This document shows, piece after piece, positions 63,433 to 64,000 of a DNA stretch of 64,000 bases. Position 1 is the stretch's first letter. Every line of letters starts with the position of its first letter. The stretch is from Convolutriloba macropyga. Its lineage: Eukaryota. The DNA lies in contig NC_134468.1 of NCBI RefSeq assembly GCF_964194025.1, positions 77,438,001-77,502,000 on the forward strand, given 5' to 3'. Position numbers and translations under genes: made by a program. Under the pieces are notes generated by a model that was given only the letters and a program-made list of their open reading frames with translations, had not been told where the DNA came from and did not search any database.

Positions 63433-64000
63433 AAATCATGCGCGCTCAATGGGAATATAGAAAGTGCCGATGCAGTGGAGATCAAGTCGATTGATGAATT
63501 GAAACCTTTAGAATTTTCTAACGCGCCACAAGAAGAAAGGCAGAGCAAATTTCCAGTATACATTTTGAACCAATCTCCGATGCCAAATCTAACGAGGAGA
63601 CCGCCAACTGCCGGATGCTTCCAAGATCGAGTGAGGAAGAGATTTCTTCTCATATCGCCCCTTTGCGAAGATGAAAATATGGCTATTGATCACAATCGGC
63701 ATTAAGCAAGCAAGCAATTTTGTTGAAACATTTTAACAGCATCAGTTGATGATTCTGCTAGTTTGCAGTTAAGCGAAAATATAGACCAAACCTAAGCACA
63801 ATTTTCTTCACTTAAACATTCGGTCTTTAAAAGCTCACTGCGATGAGCTTTGTTTTGACTGAAACTTGTTTAACAGAAAATGAATTGGTAGAACACTTCT
63901 ATATACCAGGTTATCAGCGACTTCCAACAAAACCTAGGACAACGAGAAAAGGCGGGATTGGCGTGTTCCTCCTTGGATCAGAGCTGCTGAAAGCCTACAT

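Overview
AT-rich eukaryotic DNA, most likely from an invertebrate animal (spliceosomal-type splice sites, BUD13, an NLR, metazoan-type transposons). All family assignments come from motif recognition by eye; no searches were run. 1-23 kb is a stack of mobile elements. (i) The right part of a CACTA/EnSpm (CMC) DNA transposon, whose decayed transposase reading frame begins with a SUV4-20/KMT5-type SET domain. It also carries an intact pipsqueak/CENP-B-type HTH ORF, ~0.86-kb tandem repeats and CCGG-rich subterminal repeats, and its right end abuts (ii) a BEL/Pao integrase. (iii) A decayed Maverick/Polinton (ATPase, integrase, penton, hexon, adenain-type protease; no pPolB seen). (iv) A ~1.07-kb tandem array and a small spliced membrane-protein ORF. 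(v) The 3' part of an env-bearing LTR retroelement with a class-I fusion glycoprotein. Host genes follow: BUD13, with a 2.59-kb tandem duplication of its 3' part; a CARD-like/NACHT/LRR NLR gene with MITE-filled intron(s); and a GRHPR-like 5' fragment inside a 6.7-kb tandem duplication that also holds 1.73-kb repeats leading into a LINE-ORF1-like remnant. The best candidate for an undescribed system is the SET-domain/CACTA-transposase fusion and its accessory DNA-binding ORFs.
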